Positions 49,201 through 62,200 of a stretch of 64,000 nt of DNA are shown piece by piece. The stretch comes from Pavona decussata (Eukaryota), in NCBI GenBank assembly GCA_977016875.1, contig CDRNST010000045.1, positions 930,001-994,000 of the forward strand. Direction: 5' to 3'. The translations under genes were made by a program, and so were the position numbers. The notes beneath the pieces were generated by a model that ran no database searches, was not told the DNA's origin, and saw only the letters and a list, made by a program, of their open reading frames with translations. Numbering within the stretch: the first letter of the stretch is position 1; each line of letters begins with the position of its first letter.

Positions 49201-52200
49201 GCTTCCAGCGGAAAAACCATAAGGGGTAGACCCCAAAATTTTTAAAGTTCAAAAGATAAGCTAACTTAGCGAGTAAAAAAATTGGCAAATCCTGGCTGTA
49301 ACGTAAAAGACTATTCCTAAACTTAATTAATTACCTTAAACTAAATTAATTATTCAGTTCAGTCCCTTCGTGGTTATTCTTCCTGGTTCAACACAAAAAG
49401 AGAATAAATGTTCGATTTGACGCCGAATTATTAACTCACAAAACAATGTTCAGTTCCTTTGCGGTTGTTCTTCGCGTACGCCAAACAAAATTCTCCACTC
49501 CACGACAATCCCACAAAATTCTCCGTTTTGCTACACAGTCTAAGATCCAAACTTCTAGAACGACAGCGTTTCTTTAGCTACTTTCTTCATTTGCACTTTG
49601 TAACTTGCTAGTGCCACGTTCTTTCATCCGCCTGCTTGAGCTTCTTTCTCTGGTTCACCACAATACAAGGCTAGAGTTAAACACTGGCAAATGAGTTTTA
49701 CCGAAGGTTTTGGCCAGCTCCATGCTGATGTCCTTCAACAGTGTCGCGCCTTCTCTTCTTACTTCTTCGCCCAAGCCTCTCCAAGATTAATAACCAACAA
49801 CAAACAACAACCTGACCTCTATTTAAATACTCTTACACAATTACGACATTAGAAAGAAGATTCTAGAAAACGCTAACTGCAAAATGTACAGTAAATGCTG
49901 ATTACACAACAAGATACGAAATACACGGTAATGAGAATAATAACAGTTAGTTAGACTACATTGAAATTTACAATACTACACACAAATTCCTAAGACAATA
50001 ACTACTAATATACTAGTGACATTTTTTGACTGATAAAATACGATGAATTAAGACTACAAATAATTAACAATATCCCCAACGAATTTATATAATGAAAAGA
50101 AACAACTAAATTTCTACATGCAAAAGGAACGCATAAAATGAAAACAACAGAAACTTGAATAATAGGAATTTTTGTGACAAATGTGGAATTCTGCTCGCTC
50201 TGCCGCTTGCTGAGCCTTGTCCCTTGAATGTCAGAGTGCCTTGGCAAGGATGTCCTTCATTTGGTCAGTGCAAATCACTGTGGAAGAAAGAGAAAGTCGA
50301 AAACTTTGGTTTAATAAGGACAGCCTACTGTTATTGGTGATGGCTTCATGCAGCACATGATGTGAACGAAATGACATGTCTCGTTGATCCTGGCGGGAAA
50401 TTCATTGTTGAGCAACAATCACTGCATTTGAAACTCTTGCCCCATGGGCAATTGGAATATCTGTTTATTTCTTTACCTAATACGTTTTCACTCTTAATTA
50501 GTAGAGTATTACAGACTGCACAAGAACACAAAAAGCAATAATAGTGATCAAAACTAAAGGTTAGCAAAATTCCTCAAGAGCTTTTTTGAAGCCAGCAAGC
50601 GTATCAGCTTTAGTAATGCAAGGGGGAGGGCTGATGGTGAAATCTTTTCCAACCACAGGAGCCGTAGAAGAAATGGTGGGGATCGACGAAAAGGCAACGC
50701 CCCCAACCCTCGGTGACTGCAAGGCTGTTGGCAGTGAAAGCGATGGAAAACCGAAGGCCGGAGACAAAAGAGTAGAGAAGGTGGACACAAAATAAGGAAC
50801 GGAGATATTACCTGATGAGATAGTGGATGATCCCGTTCGTAAAACTGATGACGAAGTCGAGAGAACCACAGGAATCATGTGAATGAGCGATGTCATGGCC
50901 CTGCATTGCAGCGAGAATACCTGGTAAACAGTCTGATAATGTCCGAGACATAGCCTGAGCCAAGGCATCACCGCTGAAATTTTATCCAACGGGCTATACC
51001 ACAACATTGACACCGAAAGACGACAAAAAACTTGCCCTTATGAGACAGATAGAAAAACCGGGCTACTTTCTGAGCACAGAAAAACCGCGACGCACCATCC
51101 AGAAACTCAAAAAAGTCTGCTACACACTGCCAATCACAGACTTTCTGTGCAACAGGTCCTGGGAACTGCTAACAAAAATGCAAAAACAGTGACCCTGAAG
51201 GTTGAGCTTCAGAACAGAATTAGGAAGCTGCCCTGTGTAGGCAGCAATTATTGATAATTACAGCTATTTTAGCTATAAAGTTGTCTTGAGTGTCCCACTC
51301 TTCTGACAGTTCACTTTTGTTCCATGAACCTTCTTCAAATGCTGGTCAACCTGTAAGAGAGGAATTCCATAGCATTGACAGCCTCGTGAATGTCCTTGCT
51401 TTGTGATGTGAGATTGTTTTGGTCTTGTTTCTTGGCAATGCAGGTTGTATTGTGCACACTGGGATCAGTGGCCACAAGTTAAAAATTTCCATAAGCTCAC
51501 AAGAAAGAGCATGTAAAAGCCATTGAAAACTCCGCACATTGCGCATGAGCAGTGCATCACTAAATTGTGTAAGTTTGAAAATGCTGAAGTATTCTTCATA
51601 TCCATGTCACTCTTAGCTCTCGTTTCGCAAACTGTATGCCTAAATTACAAGTCTTTATGTGTGCCATAACATTTGTCTGATTCAGATAAGTGGGACAGGT
51701 ACGAACTGAAAACACTTGACTATTGACGTACTGTTTAAAGCAAGAGAACAAACTTTAATGCCTGAAACTGAAAACAATGTTTACGACTCTCCAAGGAAAT
51801 GGCTGGAAACAAACAACCTGGTCTTGCACAGAAAAGAAAAACCATGTGTGAAAATTCAACTTAAACCCTATAAAATTAAATGAGAACAAGGAAAACCCTT
51901 TGCCTTCCACACCAAACAATGCTCTTATTTTAAAACATAGAAAATTGAGTTTTTATACATCCTTCGAGAACGCCACAGGATAGCCTTGAATATATTTCGA
52001 TTAATAGCATATATTTACCAATGCATGAACTGTAGACGAAATTTGTTGTTCAAAAATTGAGCTTTAATGACTTTTTTTAATGGACAATGCCATGTATAGA
52101 TATGGAAATACCAAAATATGTTCTTGGTGTAGTAGAAAACAACAACAACTGTGAGAAAAAATTGTTGCATGCACTCAAGGGAAACATTAACTGAAACATT

Positions 52201-53762
52201 AAGTTTAAATGTGTTCACTAGTACGTAAATGTCAACTTAAAAAAAATGTCAGTATAACTTGGGGATGACGTTAAGTGTCCAAGTGTCCTGGTAAATCTTT
52301 AAGAGGAAGGGGCAGTGAGATGACAGTGGCAAAGGAACGTCTGGCAGTAAAGACAGTGGTGTTGGTGGAGGTGAAGTAGATTCTGGCAGTGATGATGAAG
52401 AAAGAGGTGGCAAGGCAAATCTTTCAGTGTTTGTGCAGTCTGTGTGCAGTGCTGGATGAAAACTAAATACATATAATAAAAAGAAAAATCCGAAAGAATA
52501 ATAACCATAAGAAGTGGCGCCACAGTATCAAAATAAAAGCTGCCCACAAAAGGTGCAGATTAAGATGAAGAAGTTCTTGGGGTGTGGAAAGGTGGCTTGT
52601 GTGATAAGTGAAGTTTAGCAGTGAGGATGAAGCGGACGAAGCAGGGGAAGATGAAGAAGCAGTTGGTGTAGAAAGGAGGCTTGTGTGATACTTTAAGTTT
52701 GGAGAGGACAAAGGTGGGTCGATGAGTGATGATGAATGCAAACAGAGACTTGGATGCAATGGAAATGATGTGCACTTCAGAAACTTGGTGACAGGCAGCT
52801 TAAACAGAAAAACAAACGTGTTGGCAGTGCAGCAAAACAACTGAATGTCATGGCAAATAAAAGGGAGAAAGAGTAGAGCAAACAAAAGTTATTAGTGAAT
52901 GCCGTGAACAGCCAGTATAAAACAAAGGTGCAAATGAAATATAACACTGTCCTTGTCGATGTGTTCCAAATGTGGGTTAGAAGTTGTTTGGTTGAAGAAT
53001 GGGAACTGACACGCACTTTGTTTTGTATATTTGTGCAAGTCTACATAGAGAAACAGCAGACAACCAACAGTGCTATTGCAATGAGGACAGCACAAGCATT
53101 CATGTTGGTGGTGCTGATTCTAAGCTCACAGTGAACTCAGTTAGTTTCAGTATCATGTCAAATACCCTGACTGACTGGTTCATACAATTAATTTCTGTTA
53201 CAAATTAGCCTGTATCGAGTGTCATCATCAAAGTTCGCTAAAATTAATTGCATGAGGCCTTTTTCATCAAGACGAAATGAAAGTAAACGATAATCTTGTT
53301 AATTCATGTTGTTGTCCGTGTGCGAATGATTTCGGGAGTTTTGGCTGACTTTTGGCTCTGCAAGACCACCTGTCCAGTTTGCGAGGTTGTAGCAGCTGCA
53401 ATGGGTATGGTCCTCTGAGACAGTGTTGATTGCTAGATAGCTAAGGCAGACTTTGAGGGACGTGATCTTGTCTTTGGAAAAACAGTGTTGTCGAGTTCAT
53501 CCTTGTTGCTGCTGTCCATCAAGGAGACAATGTTATGTTTTACTGGAGTAGTGTTGTTAGAGGTCGTTGGTATAGGACAACGCAGTGAGGGCGACACATC
53601 AATGGCACTCATTTCACTGGGTATCATGTCAAGTGTGATATCAAATGGTTGATCTTTTATGCCATTAGGTGGCGACCACCTTGTTAAGTCAGGACCGAAC
53701 TTGGGTGTCTTTGAGTGCATTCTTGTGCATCTCCTGGCATTTATCGTATCAATTAACTTGTC

Positions 53763-54250
53763 TCAGAGGAAAAGGTGTCCTCTAAGCACTTCCTGTCCGG
53801 TTGTGTAAATGCTGCCAATGTCATCTGTGACATCTCCTGTTAGCTTCTCCACTCTATCACTCTTCACTTTCAAGAGATAGTAATCATAGCTTGGGTCAGC
53901 ATTGGCTGCTAGTGCCACCACACCCCTCTCTACTGTTAGGTCTGCTATTTTGACAGCTGTCTCTATTGCCGCTACCAGTGTTGTCTTGTGTATTCCTAAT
54001 GGTTGCTGGAGATGCGTTCCTTTCAATATTGAGCTCTTCCCAGTCATCCACCCACTCGGAATTTGCACAATGGTTACCAGTTTCCAGCAAGCAGTCAAGG
54101 CAATAGCAGGATCGGGCCTGTTTGAGAATCTTTTTCTGTGGTGCATTTCACAGCACAGACATAACGAGACTTACCTTTTATTTTATAACACAAGTAGAGT
54201 ACGTGTATAGAACACCACAACTTTGAATGTTTCATTTCGTGGAACATGAT
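53763..54250 (-). pseudogene. C-terminal fragment of a DNA transposase-like protein (Sola2/Chapaev-like, uncertain)
   Basis: Frameshifted PCYCLDCLLETGNHCANSEWVDDW..IADL....VVALAANADPSYDYYLLKV..DDIGSIY..GQEVLRGH. Confidence 0.35.
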
Positions 54251-54767
54251 GTTGGTGGAGGTTCCTGTGGAAGACAAAGGTAGTCCCTTTGTTGCTAGGC
54301 TTTCCTCCTCACATTTCTCAGAGGCTTTGCTTCTCTCTTCTCTTGTCCTTTCACCGTTGCTGTTGTTCTTCAGTTTGGCGTCGAGGATGTTTAGCGTCTT
54401 CTTCATCAATTCTACGCCTTTCCGCTCTGCACTCTCAGCGTCGTTGATGTCTTTCTTCTTATTTAATTTTGCTGGCCTTTGAAGATCCTCTACATCTGGA
54501 AACTGGGCCTGGTGCTCTCTGAAAAGTATAAAGCTATTTAAACGACAGTCTCAGTGAGGTGGAAGACAATCTTCCACCATCTTGTGCACTTACAATAGCA
54601 AATAGCAAATGGAAAACGTCACCTGAATGTAATTCCATTCTTTCTGTCTTTTACAAGCTCCTGTGATTGAACACGCACACGTGCTTAAGGTTGGTTGGAT
54701 TAAAACTTCGGCATGAAATCACAATGAAACTTTTTGAAAAAATAATGAATTCTTTTAATGGTAGCCT

Positions 54768-55414
54768 CAGTGTTTTGCCACTCAAACTACTATTGGCTAC
54801 TATCTTCCATTAAGGAGTAGTTAGTTAGACATCCTGGGTTGTTTGGCATTTTTATTTTCTCCAATATTGAAAATGCTGCAGGCAAATCTTCTGGCATACC
54901 TTTGACAACAGAAGAAGAACAGGAAGAAACTCAAATGTTATTCACAGTTAATGGTGAGGCTCTTGGTGTGGCTGGACGGTTGATACTTTTACTGTTACAA
55001 AACGTCGATATAGGTAACAACAAGTTGTACAATGAGTGAGAGCCTAGGACCACTCAAATTAATGCTAATAAGAATGAGCCACAGTGTTTTGCCACTCAAA
55101 CTACTAGGTATTGGCTACTGTCTTCCATTAAGGAGTAGTTAGTTAGACATCCTGGGTTGTTTGGCATTTTTATTTTCTCCAATATTGAAAATGCTGCAGA
55201 CAAATCTTCTGGCATATCTTTGACTACAGACCTAGCAAAACGAACGAGAGAATGAAACTGAGTGTACTAATTTTTATTTGTACTCTTTTGTGGTTGAAGC
55301 AAGCAAGAAACACAAATTGTTATTTACAGTGAATGGTGACGCTCTTGGTGTGGCTGGAAGGTTGACACTTTTACTATGTTACAAAAAGTCGATATGTAAC
55401 AACAAGTTGTACAA
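54768..55414. repeat. two-copy tandem duplication (~315 bp period)
   Basis: CAGTGTTTTGCCACTCAAACTACTA..TGGTGTGGCTGGA..AACAAGTTGTACAA appears at ~54768 and ~55082. Confidence 0.85.
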
Positions 55415-55429
55415 GTTTTCCAGTCTTTG

Positions 55430-57517
55430 AAGTCGTCCCTCTACATTTCTCTAACCTCGAAAGGCTTCTTGAGGTTGGCCTCTTTTATGACCCTGGACCA
55501 ATCCTCTGGTAACTAGAGCACACTCTTTCTTTTCTGCTTTTCTGGGCGAAATTGTTATTATTTTCAAGGAAAGTGTGTCCTCCGCATGCATCAGAGTAAC
55601 TGACGAAGGACCTGAATTGAAAAGAAATTAAAAAAGGCATGATCAGTTACGTTTTGTTTTAAGATAACCATCTCCTGTGCCTCTTTGGCAAGCCTTAGCA
55701 GGCACAGTATGTGACCACAAGAAACCCCGAATTTTTGGGTATTGTTTTAACTTTAACGAAAGCCAGTAAAAGCAGGCGGTCTTTTTCTTGTTCAAATTCC
55801 CCAGTCTTATTCTTGCCAGTAGCATTATCATTTTCAACATTCCTGGCATATGAATTCAAATTGGTGGCACAGAGATGGTAGCGGTACAAACAAGACAATA
55901 TGACCAAAAAGCAGTTTAATTGGAAAGGTCGTAAACATGGTAGATTTTTAAGACATAGTGATTTGCATTTGCAAGATTGATGCATGACCATCTTTCATTG
56001 TAGCTTGATTTTTACCATCATTAGGTTACAGTACTTTGGTTGTATTGTAAGTGACACATAGGCACTAGTGTGGGCATTAAAGACATCTGTGAAAAGAAGA
56101 AACAAATCTAAAAAAACAGTTTTCCTTCTGTTTGCAAATATTGGATAGCACTAAACCGTGTAAGTAAACCTGGCTCCTGAGCCATTCTCCTTGAGGTACA
56201 TATCAAGGCAAGAGGTGACCTTGGCATATTCTCGTTTTTGCAACCGTTTCGGGCCAGGTGTGCATTATACCCTTATTGGCCACACAGTTGTGTACTCCAA
56301 AGTTGTAGGTCCACAGCTGGCGTGCATAAAACACGTTTTGCTGAAGCGTTGGGGTCTCAAGGTTCTGCTGAAAATCGTAGGTTAACATGTCAATGGCATC
56401 CTTTCATCGCAGAGGGATGCCGCTTGTTTTCCTCCTTTTTCCCCGCCAGTGGCTGCCTTTTTATTCTCAGTCTTCGATTTGAAGCCCTCTATCGCCTTCC
56501 TCTGGTGCTCTTTCTGGTGTATTTCAACGCAAAGTTTTTCTTCGGGAGTTGAGGCTTCTTTAATGGCTATTGCCAACTCATTGCGTCTCGCGCACATGCC
56601 ACTTTGAGGACGTTCAAACCCCCGGTTGAATTCTTTGTTGAAAGTTTTGTGATAAAGGAAGGAACTGACGTGGGGTTCAGATGCTTCCATGGTAGGTGTC
56701 ACATTCTGTTGTCTGTCCCTGAAAAATATGATTACATTGTGGCATGAAGGGTATTGAAAATCCATAAGTGTTAATTTGATACTGGTGTGGGAAAATCTTG
56801 GCCAAATGTTAACAAATGTCAAGCTCATTTGAAAACTTGTAAAGTTTTTCATATAACTTTGAAATATTCATGTAAGAAAAGTAACCAAAAATAGTACTTC
56901 CAGCGTTTCTTTTGAGAAAAGCTCAGACTCTGCTTCCCTGTGGAAGGTTCACATCCTCTCTGGTGAACCGTTGGAATTCGCTTCCACTCTCTTCCGAATC
57001 AGAAGCAAATACAGTAAATCTACAAACAGGTTGCTGAAGTTCACTGCTGTCGTGTTGGGCTGGTATAGTATAACCATAAACAAATTTTGATTATGAAATC
57101 GCCATTTACATGCTTCAAAGATCTGGATACAAATTTAAATTCTATTCGTCTTAAATGCTATCGACTCAGTCATTCGTAGATCAATATATTATGAACGTTG
57201 ACAAAATTTGTTAAAAAATTGTTATGATTGGTGATGTTGTTTTAAAGTAGATAATGCCATGTTGTTGAAACAAACTGTGAGGGAAATTCGTTGTAAGTAC
57301 TCAAAAATTGTATTCGTAAAATTTAATGAAACACTAAGATTTAAGATGGTTTTCAGTAGCAGCGGAACCACCAGAAGGTTTTGTTCAGTAAAACCCACAT
57401 ATTCAGACCAAGAAACTCATAAACTAACAAACCATGACAAAAAAAAATTTTCTTCATAGGCACTTTGATGTTACTTATTTTCGTGTGAATGTAATTTCGT
57501 GAAAATGGAACAGGCCC
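55430..57517 (-). mobile_element. decayed Sola1-type DNA transposon
   Basis: [70 protein letters not shown] matches the Sola1 transposase pattern as recalled. Candidate terminus at ~57517, where a LINE ORF1 fragment is cut off. Confidence 0.7.
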
Positions 57518-57800
57518 TAGCTCAGGGACTGTCAAAATTTTGTTGTTGAAGGCGTAGCTATAATCTTGCATCTCGTTCGCGGCAATTTCCAGATTCCCTA
57601 GGCTTTCCTCGATGTCATAGAGTCGTTTCCGAATGCCCTTCAGCTCTCTCTGAAAACTTGACTCGAGTCTTTCAGCAATTCTAAGCTCCTTTCTGTCTCC
57701 AGTTGGGCTTCCCATTCGCCATTAGCTCCTTCTCTGACAGTTAACTCTTGTGCACCAACTCGCTCCTCTAGTGATTTTATATCACATTGAGTAGTTTTTT
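57518..57800 (-). pseudogene. LINE ORF1 fragment (coiled coil plus start of RRM)
   Basis: Heptad-rich ..LYDIEESLGNLEIAANEMQDYSYAFNNKILTVPEL matches the ORF1p 'EQYS..NI.I.GVPE' junction. Confidence 0.6.
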
Positions 57801-57807
57801 AAGTTCT

Positions 57808-59227
57808 TCATTGCTTTTCCAAAGCGATTTGACTTGTTGATTTGACGTTACAAGTGCCTAAATTGACTTTTTTGAACGCTTTTAGCTGAGCCTCAAAACA
57901 TGTCTCACCGTTACGCACACATGCGCACACATGGTGGTAACATGGTAGATTTTTAGCTTTGTATACTGGTCCAGTTTGCGCTCTGTCCAAATTATCCACA
58001 AGCTGCTGAGGCGTAACAGCAACAATCTTTCTTGCTCCCTCATCCTCTTCTATCTTGGTCTTTACGTAATGCTGAGTGATCCTCTCATTGCTCACTATGA
58101 GATCCCTGAACGACCTCCAGTAAATATTCGGCCGATCATCTGTGAAAGTCATTCCTCCTTTAGGGCTGACTACTGAAGAAAACTCTGCAGATTTCTTATC
58201 TGGGAATAGAAGGAGAAGTTTTTTCTTTAGTGTCTCGGTCTCAGTGGGAAGAGTTTGCTCACTTTTTTGTGACTCTGCTTATTTTATGAAAGATCTCACT
58301 TTGTCAAATACTTTGCTCGCATGAATTTTACTGAGGAATTTCTGTTGTTGAATGTCCTTCACCATTTGTATATTTCATCTTGATGGTTGTGTCAAATGCC
58401 GATTTAACAGATTTATTCCTCTCATCTATCCAGCAATGCCGACCACTTTCCAAATTCCCATCACTTTGACCTTCTCGGTTACTCATCTGTTTGGACACCA
58501 CCTCATCTGGCAATAATTGTTCTTCTTCTTTATCAGGGTCTTTTTTGGTCGGTTCTTCTATACATAATGTTATGGAATGCCTCAGACAATTGGGAGCAGT
58601 TTTCTCTTTTTGGTGGATAAGATAGAACTTTACTGCGGTATTCTGATTGTCTCCCATCAGGTCTGCTAGATTATTCTTCAGGTGTCCATGTTCTTCACGA
58701 ATAGCAGACTGCTCCCTTTCTAAACGATGCTGCATTCACCGACCAGCACTTTGCCTGTGGCTTTGTCCCAAAATAACTTCAGCTGCAACGAAACCATTGA
58801 CGATGACAAAGAGTTTGCAGTATAGCTGACATCCAGCATGACCATAGTTCTCGTTTAAGACCAACAGTGCCATTAGTGGTGAATGATGCAGGCAAAGAAG
58901 AGAAGGCCGACTCGGCGATTGCTCCCATCTGGCTAGGTATGATTTCAATTGTGACATTGAGGCTCTCGATGTTCCTTGCCATTAGGTCTATGATCACCTT
59001 GTCGCATTCACTACCAAACTTGGGCAGGGGTGCCTTACAGTGCAGTTCTTCGCATGGCCTTGCGTTTGAAACAAAACAAAGCAATTGTTGGTTTCTCTGA
59101 TGGCTTGGAGATGTCTACGTCTTTTGGCCTTTTCTTTTGCGTCTTCTCTTTTGACCTTCAGCGGTGTGATTATCGCACACGGTTTAAGGCAGAAGCACCG
59201 TACCAGGTCCTTTCTCTTTTGCGACAT
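57808..59227 (-). pseudogene. highly divergent, frameshifted ubiquitin-specific protease (C19; USP4/11/15-like) relic
   Basis: GTVGLKRELWSCWMSAILQTLCH has exact Cys-box spacing (GLxNxGNTCxMNxxLQxL). LMGDNQNTAVKF aligns to FxGxxQQDAxEF; LPDEVVSKQ and RNKSVKSAF..GHSTTEIP follow in the expected order. No His box seen. Confidence 0.5.
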
Positions 59228-62200
59228 TAGAGAAAAGGTATAAATAAAACAAATCTATTTTCAAATTGCAATTTTTTTTTTAAAAAGGGTGTATATTTAT
59301 ATCTGTGTATATACACATTTGTACCTGTATATGGAAACCCATCACTTTGTTTTTGTTTGTTTGTTTTGCTCTTTTGGTTGTCTTAGCTGCTTCAATCGGA
59401 ATAGCTCTCTTGGATAATGTCTGGGTTTATGTATTCCGCCCAGATGATCAATCACGCAGCAAGCCAGAGAGGACGAAAGGCATTTAGCGTCACAAATGAT
59501 CTTGTTACACTCTTTCCATTCTTGTTTCTTTATCCTTTACTTTTTGATGGGTAGAGAAAAGGTATATATAAAACAAATATATTTTCAAATTGCATGTGTT
59601 TTAAAAAAGGGTGTATATTTATGTGTGAATAGACACACATTTGTACTAATATACAGAAACATCACTTTTTTCAGTTATCAGCTTCTTTATTGTCTCTTAA
59701 GGTTAAGTACACTGAGATAAAGAAACGTTACATACCTTTCATGTAATACTACAAAATACTAGTGATAATTGTCACTCATTTTCGATCCAAGGCAGCACTG
59801 AAAATGTAACTCATTTTCGGTCTAAGGCAGCACTTTTCCTGAAATGGGAAAAGAAAAAAAAAACGAGCAAAGTAGTGAAGGTCTATCGCCTTTTCCCCTC
59901 TCCAATGTGGAGGCCAGCCTCCCACACGATTGTTTCAACCAGATGCGTCTATTCCGGATGTCTCTAACCCAACGACCAAACAAATCGTTCGTTTGCCATG
60001 CCATCTTGTAGTCTCTGGCAATTACGAACCGGCTAAGTTGTGAATTGAGAGCCTGCTGGCCAGCTTCCATGTAAAGGGGGTGAATGATCTTGTTGCACTC
60101 TTTCAATTTTGTCCACTTGATGGGCACAGTACAAAGGGAGTAGAGCTGCGTGATGTCTGTGTTGACGAAGAAGGGAAATTGCCGTTGGCAGAGAGTGTTA
60201 TCTCCACACGAGGACCAACTTCGCATAGCTCTCCTACCTCTCTCTAGCGGCACTAGGCACTTTGCTGTTCTTCCAATCTCTTTGAGTTACTGGCCCGATA
60301 ATAACGTCTTCCACCTCTCTCAAAAGGTGCACAAGGTACTTTCCTCTTCTTTCAATCTCTTGAGTTACTGGCCTAATGGTGGTCTCTTCCTGGTATTGGA
60401 CCTGCTGCTGCCCTTGCGTTATCATCTCCGAGGACAAGGGATCCAGTGGCGTTGAGTTTCCCGTGGGAACTTGAAAGCACTTTACATTGGCAAAATTCGT
60501 ATCGTCATTTTGCTCCCCACTCGATAGGTCCAAAACGGGTAGCTGTATTGTTGAAGGTGGAACTGTTGTGTTATGTGTTGACTTCATCAGGTTCGGTGGC
60601 ATATTAAGTAGTAAGTTGTGTTTTTGTGTTGTCCTTTTTGTGTTGTCCACTTGATGGGCACAGTACAAAGAGAGTAAAGCTGCATGATGTCTGTGTTGAC
60701 GAAGAAGGTAAATTCGCCGTTGGCAGAGAGTGTCATCTCCACATGAAGAACAACTTTGCATAGGTCTCCTACCTCTCTCAAAAGCGGCACAAAGAACTTT
60801 CCTGTTCTTCCAATCTCTTTGAGTTACTTGCCTAATGATGGTCTCTAACTGGTATTGGACCTGCTTCTGCCCTTGCGTTATCATCTCCGAGGGCAAGGGA
60901 TCCAGTGGCGAACTCTACATTGTCATAATTCATATCATCATTCTGCTCACTGCTCAATAGGTCCAAAACGGGTAGCTGTATCGTTGAAGGTGGAACTGTT
61001 TTGGTACCTGTTGACTTCATCAGGTTGGATGGGATATTAAGTGGGGAGGTTTGTTTTTGTGTTTCCCTCTCTTCTCCTTCGTATTTTTCACTCTTTCTTC
61101 CACTTTCACTTTCTCTGAATGGTCCGTCTTGGGTGTCATGTGTTTCTGCCTTATGACTCTCTTTAGTGGCTTTGGGCTTGCAATCCTGTGATACCATACA
61201 CCCCAACATTATCCCATTATCCCATTATCCCATAAAGAAACGTTACTTACCTTTCATGTAATACTACAGAATACTACTGATAATTGTCACTCATTTTCGA
61301 TCCAAGGCAGCACTGAAAATGTAACTCATTTTCGGTCTTGAAATGGTAAAAAAAAAAAAAACAACAACAAGCAAAGTGGTGAAGGTCTATTGTCTTTTTC
61401 CCCTCCCCAATGTGGAGGCGAGCCTCACCCGATTGTTTCAATCAGTTGTCTCTTTCCTCTTATGTCTTTAACCCAACAACCAAAGGAATCGTCCGTTTGC
61501 CATGCCATCTTGTAGTCTTTGGGAATTACGAACCGGTTAAGTTGTGGATTTCTTTATTTATTTGTTTATTTATTTATTTATTGATTCACCACGACATACA
61601 AACATTGAAAGTTACAGTGAACAATAGACTAGGGTCGTACATGAGTTCAGAGTAAATAATAATAGTAAAAGGAGAAGTAAGAAGTTGCGATGATACCTCA
61701 AGAAACCCCCGGGCTTATACTGAGAGGTCTCCTCAGAGATATGTTAGGACTGTAAGACTAGTAAAGACATTGTATTTAGATTTTTTTAACATACGGTGGT
61801 AAGACTATAAAGACATAACAGAGTCGGACGTTTCATGCAATTAACTGATGAAATTAAGAAGCTTTCTTTTGAAGGTGGATAGACTAGGGTAAGACGGAAT
61901 TGATAATGGAAAAGCATTCCATATTTGGATTGATAGTCTGCTGGCCAGCTTCCATGTAAAGGGTGTGAATGATCTTGTTACACTCTTTCAATTTTGTCCA
62001 CTTGATGGGCACAGTACAAAGGGAGTAGAGCTGCGTGATGTCCGTGTTGACAAAGAAGGTAAATTCCCCGTTGCTAGAGTGTCATCTCCACATGGGGAAC
62101 AACTTTGCATAGGTCTCCTACCTCTCTCAATATCTGCACAAGGCACTTTCCTGTTTTTCCAATCTCTTTAAGTTACTGGCCCGATGATAAGGTCTCCCAC

